Positions 1 through 8,614 of a DNA stretch of 64,000 nucleotides are shown in pieces (the stretch's first letter is position 1; each line of letters opens with the position of its first letter). Source of the DNA: Methanobacteriota archaeon (GTDB lineage: Archaea; Halobacteriota; Bog-38; Methanoflorentales; Methanoflorentaceae); the NCBI GenBank assembly GCA_963720465.1, contig OY970393.1, positions 1,408,001-1,472,000 of the forward strand. The letters are read 5' to 3'. The notes under the pieces are model-generated. The model saw only the letters and a list, made by a program, of their open reading frames with translations. It made no database searches and had not been told where the DNA came from. The position numbers and the translations under genes were made by a program.

Positions 1-34
1 TCAAACGTGTAATGTTGAGTCCGCGGAACGGCGT

Positions 35-1306
35 CTACGACGTACATGCGAGTGCTTGGTCTATATCCTCAGTGATGTCAGCGACGTCTTCGATCCCCAC
101 AGAAAGTCTGATGAAGTCGTCGCCGAGTCCTGCAGCAACGCGTTCTTCGGGGTTCATTTGTTGATGCGTGGTGCTTGCAGGGTGCACCACCAACGATTTC
201 GCATCGCCGATATTGGCGAGGTGACTGAAGAGCTTGAGGCTCTCTATGAACGTCACGGCCGCGTCGTACCCACCCTTGACGCCGAATCCGACAAGCGCGC
301 TCGCACCGTTTGGCAAGTACTTCTGCGCTAGTCGATGAGAACGATCGTTCTCTAGACCAGGGTACCGCACCCACGAGACGCGTTCGTGCTCATTCAAGAA
401 TCGCGCCACAGCAAGCGCATTCGCGGAGTGACGTTCCATCCTGACGTGGAGTGATTCAAGTCCCTGAAGGGTCAGGAAGGCATTAAAGGGGCTCAAAGCT
501 GGACCGATGTCGCGTAGCAGATGCACTCGCGCCTTCAGTATGTAAGCGAGTTCTCCGAACGCTTCAGCGTACACAAGCCCGTTGTAGGTTGGGTCAGGTG
601 TGGTAAAATCGGGGAATTTTCCGTTCGTCCAGTCAAAGTTTCCCGCATCAACGATGAGCCCCCCGATAGAAGTGCCATGCCCACCCATGAACTTAGTGAG
701 ACTATTGACGACGATATCCGCGCCGAAGTCGATTGGTCGGCACAGGATGGGCGTAGTTGCAGTGCCATCGACGATGAAGGGAACACCGCTGTCGTGCGCT
801 ATGTGAGCGATGCTTTCGATATCGAGAACGTCCAAGGTCGGATTGCCGAGCGTTTCTCCAAAAAAGGCCTTCGTCTTATCATTGACGTACTCGTTGTAGT
901 TGTTCGGATCAGTCGAGTCTATTAAGTGGACCTTGATGCCCATTCTTGCCAACGTCGATGAGAACAGGGTGTAGGTACCGCCGTACAGTTGCGATGATGC
1001 TATGATCTCATCTCCAGGCCTAGCGATGTTGAGGATTGAAAACGCGTTCGCGGCTTGACCGCTAGCAAGCGCCAGCCCGGCTTTACCGCCTTCCAGCAGG
1101 GCAACTCGCTGTTCGAGCACGTCATTCGTGGGGTTCATTATGCGCGTATAGATATTTCCCATCTCTTGGAGCCCAAAAAGTTTTGCAGCGTGCGCTGTGC
1201 TGTCGAATACGTACGAAGTCGTTTGATAGATCGGAACGGCCCTCGCTCTTGTTGTAGGATCGGCCGATTGCCCTCCGTGAACTGCTATCGTTCCAGGTCT
1301 TTGCAT
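35..1306 (-). CDS. metY: O-acetylhomoserine/O-acetylserine sulfhydrylase (Cys/Met metabolism PLP enzyme)
   Basis: 423 aa; AVPIYQTTSY, GNIYTRIMNPT, PLP-lysine SLTKFMGGHG, HLANIGDAKSL, HPASTTHQQ motifs; GGGGTG RBS upstream. Confidence 0.93.
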   Translation of the reverse strand: MQRPGTIAVHGGQSADPTTRARAVPIYQTTSYVFDSTAHAAKLFGLQEMGNIYTRIMNPTNDVLEQRVALLEGGKAGLALASGQAANAFSILNIARPGDEIIASSQLYGGTYTLFSSTLARMGIKVHLIDSTDPNNYNEYVNDKTKAFFGETLGNPTLDVLDIESIAHIAHDSGVPFIVDGTATTPILCRPIDFGADIVVNSLTKFMGGHGTSIGGLIVDAGNFDWTNGKFPDFTTPDPTYNGLVYAEAFGELAYILKARVHLLRDIGPALSPFNAFLTLQGLESLHVRMERHSANALAVARFLNEHERVSWVRYPGLENDRSHRLAQKYLPNGASALVGFGVKGGYDAAVTFIESLKLFSHLANIGDAKSLVVHPASTTHQQMNPEERVAAGLGDDFIRLSVGIEDVADITEDIDQALACTS

Positions 1307-1336
1307 GATACACCCCTTTAAACGGCAATTATTTTA

Positions 1337-1398
1337 TATAACAATTGTTATAATATAGTTATATAACAATTGTTATACCATATATACGAGCTGTTATA
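1337..1398. promoter_or_regulatory. Tandem palindromic operator sites in the divergent metY / regulator-nadA promoter
   Basis: Perfect palindrome TATAACAATTGTTATA at 1337-1352 and 1362-1377; degenerate third copy TATACGAGCTGTTATA at 1383-1398; AT-rich TATA-like context. Confidence 0.75.
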
Positions 1399-1487
1399 TT
1401 GAGCACTTGAGCATTAAGGTTTCGGAGAAGGCAAAAACGGTATACAGCAAGCCGTTTTATGTGAAGCTGATGTCCCATGAGCGACTC

Positions 1488-1811
1488 ATGAAAACGCAAC
1501 GATCGCCCTGTGAAACAGCGGTCTGGAGTATCCTCCCTACCATCCGTTGCGAGGTTTCAAAGGAGCTAGCAAAACTAGGTCTATCTCAAATGATGATTTC
1601 GGCGCGTCTCGGCGTCACGCAGCCAGCGGTCAGCCAATACGTAACGAGCAAAAGGGGGACAGCTGTTGCGGTCAGCGATGACGTAAGGACGCTCATTCAA
1701 TCGCTGGCTGAAGACGTTGCCGAGGGAAAAGAACTCAACTTGAACGAACGAATTTGTGCGATATGCACACATATCCAGGGCGACGAGAAGTGCACGGCCT
1801 TCAGTCGCTAG
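1488..1811 (+). CDS. COG2522-like HTH transcriptional regulator with N-terminal PCE and C-terminal CxxC
   Basis: SPCETAVWSILPTIR...LSQMMISARLGVTQPAVSQYVTSKRG...ICAIC; start placed at ATG 1488 by similarity to the paralog at 3650-4009. Confidence 0.85.
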   Translation: MKTQRSPCETAVWSILPTIRCEVSKELAKLGLSQMMISARLGVTQPAVSQYVTSKRGTAVAVSDDVRTLIQSLAEDVAEGKELNLNERICAICTHIQGDEKCTAFSR

Positions 1812-1813
1812 CC

Positions 1814-2707
1814 ATGAATAGCCACCTAAAACGCCTGAAAGAGGAAAACGACGCCGTCATTTTGGCGCACAACTACCAACGCGACGAAGTTCAAGACGCC
1901 GCCGACTATGTGGGCGACTCATTCGAGCTCTCAAAGATTGCGTCTGAGATCAAGTGTGCAGTCATCGTGTTCTGTGGGGTCGACTTCATGGCGGAAAACG
2001 CTGCTATCCTCTCACCCGACAAGCAGGTGCTGCTTCCCGTGAAGGAGGCGACGTGCCCGATGTCGCACATGATCACTCGAAACGACGTGCGACAACTCAA
2101 AAAGCGCTATCCGGGTACGCCCGTGGTGTGCTATGTGAACACTTCGGCCGCCGTCAAGGCAGAAAGCGACGTGTGTTGTACGTCGGCAAACGCCGTGAAG
2201 ATTATCAATGCGCTTGATGCGGATCGAATCGTGTTTATTCCCGACCGAAATCTCGGAGACTACCTCGCCACGAAAACCGACAAGGAGATCGTTTCCTGGA
2301 ACGGCTTCTGCCCGACCCACCAAGTGATCACCTTGGGAGATGTGTTGATCAAGCGCGAGGAGGTACCCGACTGCGAGATCGTCGTGCATCCTGAGTGCCG
2401 GCCAGAGGTCATAGCAGCAGCTGACTTTGTGTACGGGACCGGCGGCATGCTGCGTCACGCCGCAAAAACCAACGCACACCACATCGCCATTGGAACCGAA
2501 GTAGGCATGCTCCATCGACTCCGGAAGCAGGAACCAACGAAGGAGTTTTCCGCTCTCGCCGAAACAGTGTGCCCGAACATGAAACGCACACACCTTGAGG
2601 ATGCTGTCCGCGCGCTCGAGCAGAAGGAATTCCTTGTCACTGTGGCCAAGGATGTCCGCATTGGCGCAAAAAAGGCGCTCGACAAGATGCTTGAAATGGG
2701 AACCTGA
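1814..2707 (+). CDS. nadA: Quinolinate synthase A
   Basis: ILAHNYQ, VGDSFELS, FCGVDFMAE, CPMS, YVNTSA, CTSANA, VHPEC, CPNMK motifs; ATG 1814 two bases after the regulator stop. Confidence 0.95.
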   Translation: MNSHLKRLKEENDAVILAHNYQRDEVQDAADYVGDSFELSKIASEIKCAVIVFCGVDFMAENAAILSPDKQVLLPVKEATCPMSHMITRNDVRQLKKRYPGTPVVCYVNTSAAVKAESDVCCTSANAVKIINALDADRIVFIPDRNLGDYLATKTDKEIVSWNGFCPTHQVITLGDVLIKREEVPDCEIVVHPECRPEVIAAADFVYGTGGMLRHAAKTNAHHIAIGTEVGMLHRLRKQEPTKEFSALAETVCPNMKRTHLEDAVRALEQKEFLVTVAKDVRIGAKKALDKMLEMGT

Positions 2708-2839
2708 GGTTCGGTACTGTCTGCTTCGTCAAGAACGAAAAGTGCGCTGACATTTTCGCCCATTGATTTTTTTAAGAATACCTAGTTTTCACGGTGCGCC
2801 GGGCGAACAAATTTTATATAACGTTAACGCCGTTAATTA

Positions 2840-3107
2840 TTGGTGTTTGTCGTGAACGACGCTGTCACTGAGCTTACAAACAATGAACACCGTTCCAGAA
2901 AACTGAGAGAGTATCCCCTCAGTGCCAAACTAGTCTTCAGGACTCTTGAGCGAAACGGCACAATGACCATCAACGACATCGAAAAGCAGACTTATCTACC
3001 CCACAGAACGGTGAGATACGCGATCAAGCGGCTAAAAGAAGGCGGCATGGTGACTCAGCTCTTTTACATAAAGGACGCACGCCAAGCTCTACCGGCTAGC
3101 CGAATAG
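2840..3107 (+). CDS. Archaeal winged-HTH (MarR/ArsR-like) regulator with an apparent 2-nt deletion near the 3' end
   Basis: PLSAKLVFRTLE...TYLPHRTVRYAIKRL...KDARQ; family-typical DARQSLY ending (YRLAE*, stop 3105-3107) lies in a shifted frame, so the ORF-track extension to 3304 is probably not real. Confidence 0.75.
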
Positions 3108-3255
3108 CTAGCCGAATAGCTCGCAGGCCCCGTGAGCAGATTCCACAAGAGACACATGCTGAGTTTGGTATCGCTCCCTCGACCGTGGGCCGGTGGTGGA
3201 AAACGCGCCGCACGCACTTTTTGAGCCTTCCTAGGCAATCCGCTCTGTCAATCTT

Positions 3256-3384
3256 TCAGGCTTTCTGTTCCAGGGCAGCTACGCGCTCGCCCATCGGGCC
3301 CTGACACGCCCTGAACTCTGCACAGCACTTCTCGAGCTCATCTATGCGCTTCTTTAACTCCTTTATTTCGCTTTCGTAATTCAT
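3256..3384 (-). CDS. Small 42-aa coiled-coil, Cys-containing protein (below the ORF-track cutoff)
   Basis: MNYESEIKELKKRIDELEKCCAEFRACQGPMGERVAALEQKA*; strong AGGAGGTGGT RBS 6 nt upstream of the ATG. Confidence 0.65.
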   Translation of the reverse strand: MNYESEIKELKKRIDELEKCCAEFRACQGPMGERVAALEQKA

Positions 3385-3649
3385 TTTTTTACCACCTCCT
3401 TGCGTAAGTTATAGACTGATTGGTTCTTGACACCAGCCCTCGTTTTGCTTTGAGTCTTTATGCTTCTTCCCCTGGATGGATTATGGATACCCAAGGCCTA
3501 CTTCGTGCGGGTGACGATCGTGTTTCCACTAACGCTGAGTGCAGCGTGATAGGGCACAACAACGGCCGAGTATATTATAGCGGACTTCGGTCCGCGTTAC
3601 TCTTGGACCATCGCAGGCCGTTTGCTGCGACGATTTGCTTGAAACCGCA

Positions 3650-4009
3650 TCAAGAGCAACAGCCTGCGTCAATCGCTGCTTCATTCTCGCGTTTGTCAAG
3701 CAGTGACTTAATCTTGTTACACACGTCGCAGAGGTGCACCGACAGGGCCCCGGGGTCGTCTTTGTATTCTTCAAGGTACTCGTCGATCACCTCGAGCACC
3801 TCGGTGTCCTGTCCCGCCGTTCCCCGTTTGCTCTTGACGTACTGATTGACGGCAGCAGGAGTAACGCCGAGTATTCGTGCGATCTGTGCCTGACTTATTC
3901 CTTCCTCCTTCATCCGCACCGCCATCTCGGCCCGAATCACGGGAAGGACGTACTGCACAATGATCTCACATCGCGGCCTGATCTTCGACGACCTTTCGGT
4001 TTCAGTCAT
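3650..4009 (-). CDS. COG2522-like HTH regulator (paralog of 1488-1811), downstream of pscS
   Basis: PRCEIIVQYVLPVIRAE...SQAQIARILGVTPAAVNQYVKSKRG...LCDVC; C-terminal GCCS; starts 2 nt after the pscS stop. Confidence 0.85.
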   Translation of the reverse strand: MTETERSSKIRPRCEIIVQYVLPVIRAEMAVRMKEEGISQAQIARILGVTPAAVNQYVKSKRGTAGQDTEVLEVIDEYLEEYKDDPGALSVHLCDVCNKIKSLLDKRENEAAIDAGCCS

Positions 4010-4011
4010 AG

Positions 4012-5196
4012 CTACAGGAGATCATATTTCTCGGCTATCTCCTTAAAGACATCTGCCACGTACGATGTCTGGTCCCACGTTAAGCCGTATGTGTTGAGCT
4101 TCCACGTGCGCGTCGCTCCCGCAAACTCGCCAACGACGCCCCTCTGTTTCAGCTCGTCGCTGAAGAAGAACCCTCGTCGCTTGTGGGTTGTGGCGATCGT
4201 GTCGAAACTGCGCGTGGTATCCACCTTCGTCAAGGTGTGCTTGCGCGGGTGTTCACTTAAACATTTGTTGCCCTTAACGTCAAGGATCGCGTCGATGACG
4301 ATGTTCGACTTCGCCACGTACTCCTGCCAGTCATTGATGCGTCTCTGGATGGTCGGGAAGGAGGCCATCATGGCGAGGAGGTTCGCTCCCATGAGCGTGC
4401 AGCCGAGCATTTCAACCTCTTTGATGCCAAACTTGCGTCCTGTGACGTCGCCGATCATCTGCGTCGTGCGGAGGACTTGATCAGCATACTCGCTCGTCGT
4501 TGCCAGCACGCCGCTGGGCGCAGGAGATGCCATCGACTTGTGCCCGCTGCCGACCACGAAATCGACGCCGAGCGCTTTGCCGTCGACCGGCTTGATGCCG
4601 ACGGTGTACGCGCCGTTATAGAGGATCGGGACGTCATACTGGTGCGCGGCCTTCGCGGCTCCTGCGATATCGTGCTCGTTTGCAAACGAGTAGTCGAAGT
4701 GGTCGTGCATCACGAGGACAGGCTTTTTACCGTGTTCACGCCTCACGTCCTCAATCTTCTGCGCGACGGCGTCGCCCGTGACGACGTTATCCTTGTTTAG
4801 GGGAACCTCTTTGACCACGGCCCGCGCGTTTTCAACCGCCACGAACTCGGTATAGTGCGCTAGGGCGGACACAAGAACGATATCACCTTTCTCCGCGAGT
4901 GAGAGGCAGACGGCCTGGAAGGCGCGACGTGCCCCCGGCGTGACGCGCGCTTCGTCCATGTTAAGGAATTTAGCGAGATCGCTGTGGAACTCAGCGATGG
5001 GCGGCTTGGTGATCTTATCGAGACGGAACGGCTTGCGGCACTGGTCGCACGCGAGTAGCCATCGCCGTAGGCGATGAGGGCTTTCATCGAGTCTGCGGTG
5101 AGGCGGCCTGCCGCTTGGATTGGATGAATGTTCACGTAAGTTCACTCATGCTTCAACCTCAAAGGTCGTCGTGTGTGACGTACCATTCTCTGTCAT
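4012..5196 (-). CDS. pscS: O-phospho-L-seryl-tRNA:Cys-tRNA synthase (SepCysS); 5' end disrupted by three apparent 1-nt deletions
   Basis: Body: CDQCRKPFRLDKITKPP, VTPGAR, NGAYTVG, VGSGHKSMASPAPSG, KEVEMLGCT; conserved N-terminus NIHPIQAAGRLT...AYGDGYS is in another frame (4860-5135 ORF); ATG 5196 with GAGG RBS. Confidence 0.9.
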
Positions 5197-5396
5197 CTGT
5201 CCTCTGTGGAAGACAATTCCTCTTACGTTTAGTACGGTACGCCTGCTATTGAACGTTCATAAAAGGACAAAATATGCCTACAACTGCATGCTGATTATCA
5301 CGGAGGCAAATAAAGTATGTACGGACAGATTGACCATGTACGAGATTTGCTGCAGGTGTCGATTGATCGACGTAACTGAAACTGGGGGAATGCACT

Positions 5397-5909
5397 ATTC
5401 GACTTCTTCTAATCCACGCGGATAAAATCAGCTACACGGCAACGCAACGAACCAAAGTAGCCGAGGACATAGAATCGAAAGAGGACGGCATGGAAGACTG
5501 TCTTGTCGTTTTCTCGAGCGTAGAAAAGCTCGATGAGCTCAACGCCACAGGTGTAGCTGATGCGGCAAAGAACAGCATCGTTGATGTGCTGGGCAAGCTC
5601 AAAGAAAATCGCGTCATGCTCTTCCCGTTTGCGCATCTTACGAGCACCTTAAGCTCTCCCCAAGTAGCCTTGGAGATACTCCAGTCGCTTGAGGCTTCGC
5701 TGAAGAACGACGGGTTCACCGTGAAGCGGGCACCATTTGGGTGGAACAAGGAATTCGACATCAAGAGTAAGGGACACCCGTTAGCGGTCCTTTCTAAGGT
5801 GATCTGCCCGTATGGCAAGGTGGAGTGCGATTTCCTATGCCCCTACTGCACGAATCCGATAAAGATTCAGGACCTTAGCAGCCTGCGTGAGACACCTCCC
5901 ACGTCGTAG
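5397..5909 (+). CDS. Free-standing archaeal threonyl-tRNA synthetase editing domain (Ser-tRNA deacylase-like) with a Cys-rich C-terminal extension
   Basis: RLLLIHAD...EDCLVVFSSVEKLDE...LFPFAHLTSTLS...RAPFGWNKEFDIKSKGHPLA; homologous N-terminus begins at an in-frame ATT (5397), upstream of the ORF-track ATG 5490. Confidence 0.85.
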   Translation: MRLLLIHADKISYTATQRTKVAEDIESKEDGMEDCLVVFSSVEKLDELNATGVADAAKNSIVDVLGKLKENRVMLFPFAHLTSTLSSPQVALEILQSLEASLKNDGFTVKRAPFGWNKEFDIKSKGHPLAVLSKVICPYGKVECDFLCPYCTNPIKIQDLSSLRETPPTS

Positions 5910-6036
5910 CTGACTGAGGGCGAGGAACGCCGCCAATACGTTCTGATCAAGAACTCACAAACGATAAATAAAAAAAGGCCAAGCGCGTGCAATAGTGTAT
6001 TCACGCTCGACAGGCGCACGCGAGGCGAGGAGTTGC

Positions 6037-6483
6037 ATGTATAGCGATAAAGTGATGCTGCATTTCATGAACCCGCACAACATGGGGGAGATCGAGAACC
6101 CGAGCGGTGTGGGTGTGGTCGGTAACCCGGTGTGCGGGGACCTCATGCAGATCCAGATCAGGGTGGAAGACGGGATTCTCACTGACGTCAAATTCAAGAC
6201 GTTCGGCTGCGGGGCGGCCATAGCGACGAGCAGCATGGTAACGGATCTGGCGATCGGAAAGACGATTGAGGAGGCGTTGAAGATAACGCGAAACGACGTC
6301 GCTGAGAACCTGGAAGGGTTGCCTCCGGTGAAGATGCACTGCTCGAACCTGGCGGCCGATGCCCTGCACGCGGCGATTGAGGATTACCTGAAGAAAGAGG
6401 GACGCGGCGAGTGGTTCGACAGTAAGAGCACAAAGAAGAAGAGTGGAACAAAAAAGGGTGCGCGTCGGCGGCGGGCCGCCTAA
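6037..6483 (+). CDS. iscU: Fe-S cluster scaffold IscU/NifU-N
   Basis: MYSDKVMLHFMNPHN, GNPVCGD, FKTFGCGAAIA, LPPVKMHCSNLA; GAGGAG RBS. Confidence 0.95.
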   Translation: MYSDKVMLHFMNPHNMGEIENPSGVGVVGNPVCGDLMQIQIRVEDGILTDVKFKTFGCGAAIATSSMVTDLAIGKTIEEALKITRNDVAENLEGLPPVKMHCSNLAADALHAAIEDYLKKEGRGEWFDSKSTKKKSGTKKGARRRRAA

Positions 6484-6488
6484 CGCTG

Positions 6489-6546
6489 CATATCATTACA
6501 GTCCCTGCTCATATCACTATAGTCCCTGCTCATATCACTACAGTCC
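6489..6546. repeat. 21-bp tandem repeat, about 2.8 copies
   Basis: CATATCA(T/C)TA(C/T)AGTCCCTGCT starting at 6489, 6510 and 6531. Confidence 0.9.
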
Positions 6547-6685
6547 TAACCTGTGTTTGTTTGTTGTGAGATAGCGGCCGTATCGAAATTAGGATAGACT
6601 CAGCTATTGACTTCAATACCGTTTTTTAGCAAGACAACCGTCGGGTATGCCGTCCCATGGTATGGCGCGACTGCGTTGATTTGTG

Positions 6686-7213
6686 CTACGCCTGTGCGAA
6701 GATAGTAGCAGCACTGATATTGGGATATTCCCAAGTACCGACTACAGCACCGTTACTATTCACTAAAACTACTGTAGGATAGCCACTCACGGTCACCCCA
6801 AGTTGTTGGGCAACGGCCGCATTTGTGCTAACAACTGGTGTAAATCCGGGCTGCGCTGCAAGCTGAGCGTAGTCGGAGGTTTGTGAAAATGCCTGGCAGT
6901 AAGGACAACCCTCTTCGTAGAAGTAGTAAATCTTGTAACCAGAGGGCAAACCTGAACCAGAGGCAGTGGGCGTTGCGGTTGGCGTGGGCGTTGCGGTTGG
7001 CGTGGGCGTTGCGGTTGGCGTGGGCGTTGCGGTTGGCGTGGGCGTTGCGGTTGGCGTGGGCGTTGCGGTTGCTGACGCGGTAGCGGCTTGAGATGATGAA
7101 TTTGCAGCAGCAGACGCATTCGGTGACGACGTGGTCGAACTAGTGCATCCTGCTGCGGCCACACAAAGAAGAAGTGCGGCACATATCGCTATCATTGCTG
7201 CTTGTTTTTTCAT
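6686..7213 (-). CDS. Thioredoxin-fold lipoprotein 1 (CPYC) with Pro/Thr linker
   Basis: Signal peptide + AAAGC lipobox, (TATPTP)n linker, YYFYEEGCPYC, GYPTVVLV cis-Pro loop. Confidence 0.85.
   Translation of the reverse strand: MKKQAAMIAICAALLLCVAAAGCTSSTTSSPNASAAANSSSQAATASATATPTPTATPTPTATPTPTATPTPTATPTPTATPTASGSGLPSGYKIYYFYEEGCPYCQAFSQTSDYAQLAAQPGFTPVVSTNAAVAQQLGVTVSGYPTVVLVNSNGAVVGTWEYPNISAATIFAQA
6966..7070. repeat. 18-bp coding minisatellite (about 6 copies) encoding TATPTP
   Basis: GTGGGCGTTGCGGTTGGC tandem copies. Confidence 0.95.
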
Positions 7214-7269
7214 AAAAAGTCACCTCGGAAAATGGACGTTCGCTTAACAAAGAGAGATTTGGCTTAAGT

Positions 7270-7326
7270 TACATAAGGTTTCTGTATGAAACGGCGCTTC
7301 ACGTGATTTTTAGGGGTTATTTGCCC
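7270..7326 (-). promoter_or_regulatory. Conserved promoter block of thioredoxin lipoprotein 1 (also at 8094-8148 and 9167-9221)
   Basis: TACATAAGGTTTCTGTATG (minus strand AGAAACCTTATGTA, BRE/TATA-like), TCACGTGA palindrome and GTTATTTGCC shared by all three copies. Confidence 0.7.
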
Positions 7327-7410
7327 CGAAAGAAAGCGCCATTCGTTTTTTTCTTTTTTTTCTAGAGCATTTTCGACATAGTTGGATGATCGCTCGCGTG
7401 ATGCAATGGG

Positions 7411-7490
7411 TTACATGAGCGCTGCTTTGATCCCAGTGATGATAGACTGCGCCCCGCGGCGAGGAGGCTCAGCCCTAGTTGTTCGATTGT
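7411..7490 (-). pseudogene. Decayed remnant of a marC 3' end
   Basis: Minus strand ends ...GAQSIITGIKAALM*, compared with ...GVQFIINGIIAAI* of the intact MarC gene; frameshifted upstream. Confidence 0.6.
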
Positions 7491-7574
7491 ACGAAAAACC
7501 ACACAAAATAACAGTAGAACAAAAAAGGGTGCGCGTCGGCGGGGAACCGCCTAGCGCCACTTACTGCCTCTAAA

Positions 7575-8033
7575 CTAACCTGGATGCAGGCTGGCTATTT
7601 GTGCATTGATGCTGTTAGCATCGGTAGCATCGACCCAGCGCCCGACTTCAGTACCGTGGTTCAGCAAGATGAGCGTCGGGATTGTCGTCACATTGTACTG
7701 ATCCGTCAGCGGGCTTGTAGCACTCACGATCGGCGTGACGGTGACCTTGCTTGTGTTTTCAAGCTGGTGGAAGCTCGGAGTGCTCTCCAGTGCTATGCAA
7801 TAGGGACAAGTCGGACTATAGAAGAATAGCACCGTCAGACTGGCCGGCGTCGCAGACGCAGACGCTGGTGGCGTCACTATTGAAGCTGAAGTTGAAGCTT
7901 GCGCTGAAGTGGTCGTGGTCGAAACGTTCGTAGCATTCGATGACGACGAGGTCGAAGTAGTGCATCCTGCTGCGGCTACACAAAAAAGCAATATGGCACA
8001 CACGGCCAGCATTGCGGCTTGTTTTTGTTTCAA
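7575..8033 (-). CDS. Thioredoxin-fold lipoprotein 2 (CPYC)
   Basis: TTG start at 8033 with AGAGGTG RBS; AAAGC lipobox; LFFYSPTCPYC; TIPTLILL. Confidence 0.85.
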   Translation of the reverse strand: MKQKQAAMLAVCAILLFCVAAAGCTTSTSSSSNATNVSTTTTSAQASTSASIVTPPASASATPASLTVLFFYSPTCPYCIALESTPSFHQLENTSKVTVTPIVSATSPLTDQYNVTTIPTLILLNHGTEVGRWVDATDANSINAQIASLHPG

Positions 8034-8232
8034 CGTTACACCTCTGTAAAGTGATGACGAGTCACTTTGGATGAATAAAAACGTGCATCCAGATACATAA
8101 GGTTTCTGTATGCGACATCGTTTCACGTGACTTTTAGGGTTATTTGCCTAGAAGCGGGGCCTGTAGCGTTTTTTTCGTCGCGACATAGCTGGAGCCGCAC
8201 CCCAATGGCGAGGGGGACCAGAGCGGTAGGGG

Positions 8233-8586
8233 ATGTGCGGGGACCTCATGCAGATCCAGATCAGGGTGGAAGACGGGATTCTCACTGACGTCAAATTCAA
8301 GACGTTCGGCTGCGGGGCGGCCATAGCGACGAGCAGCATGGTAACGGATCTGGCGATCGGAAAGACGATTGAGGAGGCGTTGAAGATAACGCGAAACGAC
8401 GTCGCTGAGAACCTGGAAGGGTTGCCTCCGGTGAAGATGCACTGCTCGAACCTGGCGGCCGATGCCCTGCACGCGGCGATTGAGGATTACCTGAAGAAAG
8501 AGGGACGCGGCGAGTGGTTCGACAGTAAGAGCACAAAGAAGAAGAGTGGAACAAAAAAGGGTGCGCGTCGGCGGCGGGCCGCCTAG
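8233..8586 (+). pseudogene. iscU: 5'-truncated duplicate of iscU
   Basis: 8234-8585 appears identical to 6131-6482; lacks the first ~31 codons but keeps all three Cys and has an ATG directly before CGD. Confidence 0.85.
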
Positions 8587-8614
8587 CGCGAATAATACCT
8601 AACTGCTTTCAATC

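Noticed and set aside
3108-3304. C-terminal extension of the 2840 HTH ORF and the CTAGCCGAATAG duplication
   Set aside because: The family-typical ending stops at 3107 in a shifted frame; the 12-bp duplication is a local slippage or consensus artefact.
5146-5148. In-frame TGA in pscS as selenocysteine or readthrough
   Set aside because: The residues after it in that frame are not homologous to SepCysS; the conserved sequence is in other frames, so indels explain it.
6489-7070. Short tandem repeats as a possible CRISPR array
   Set aside because: Repeats are contiguous with no unique spacers, one set is a Pro/Thr coding linker, and no cas genes are present.
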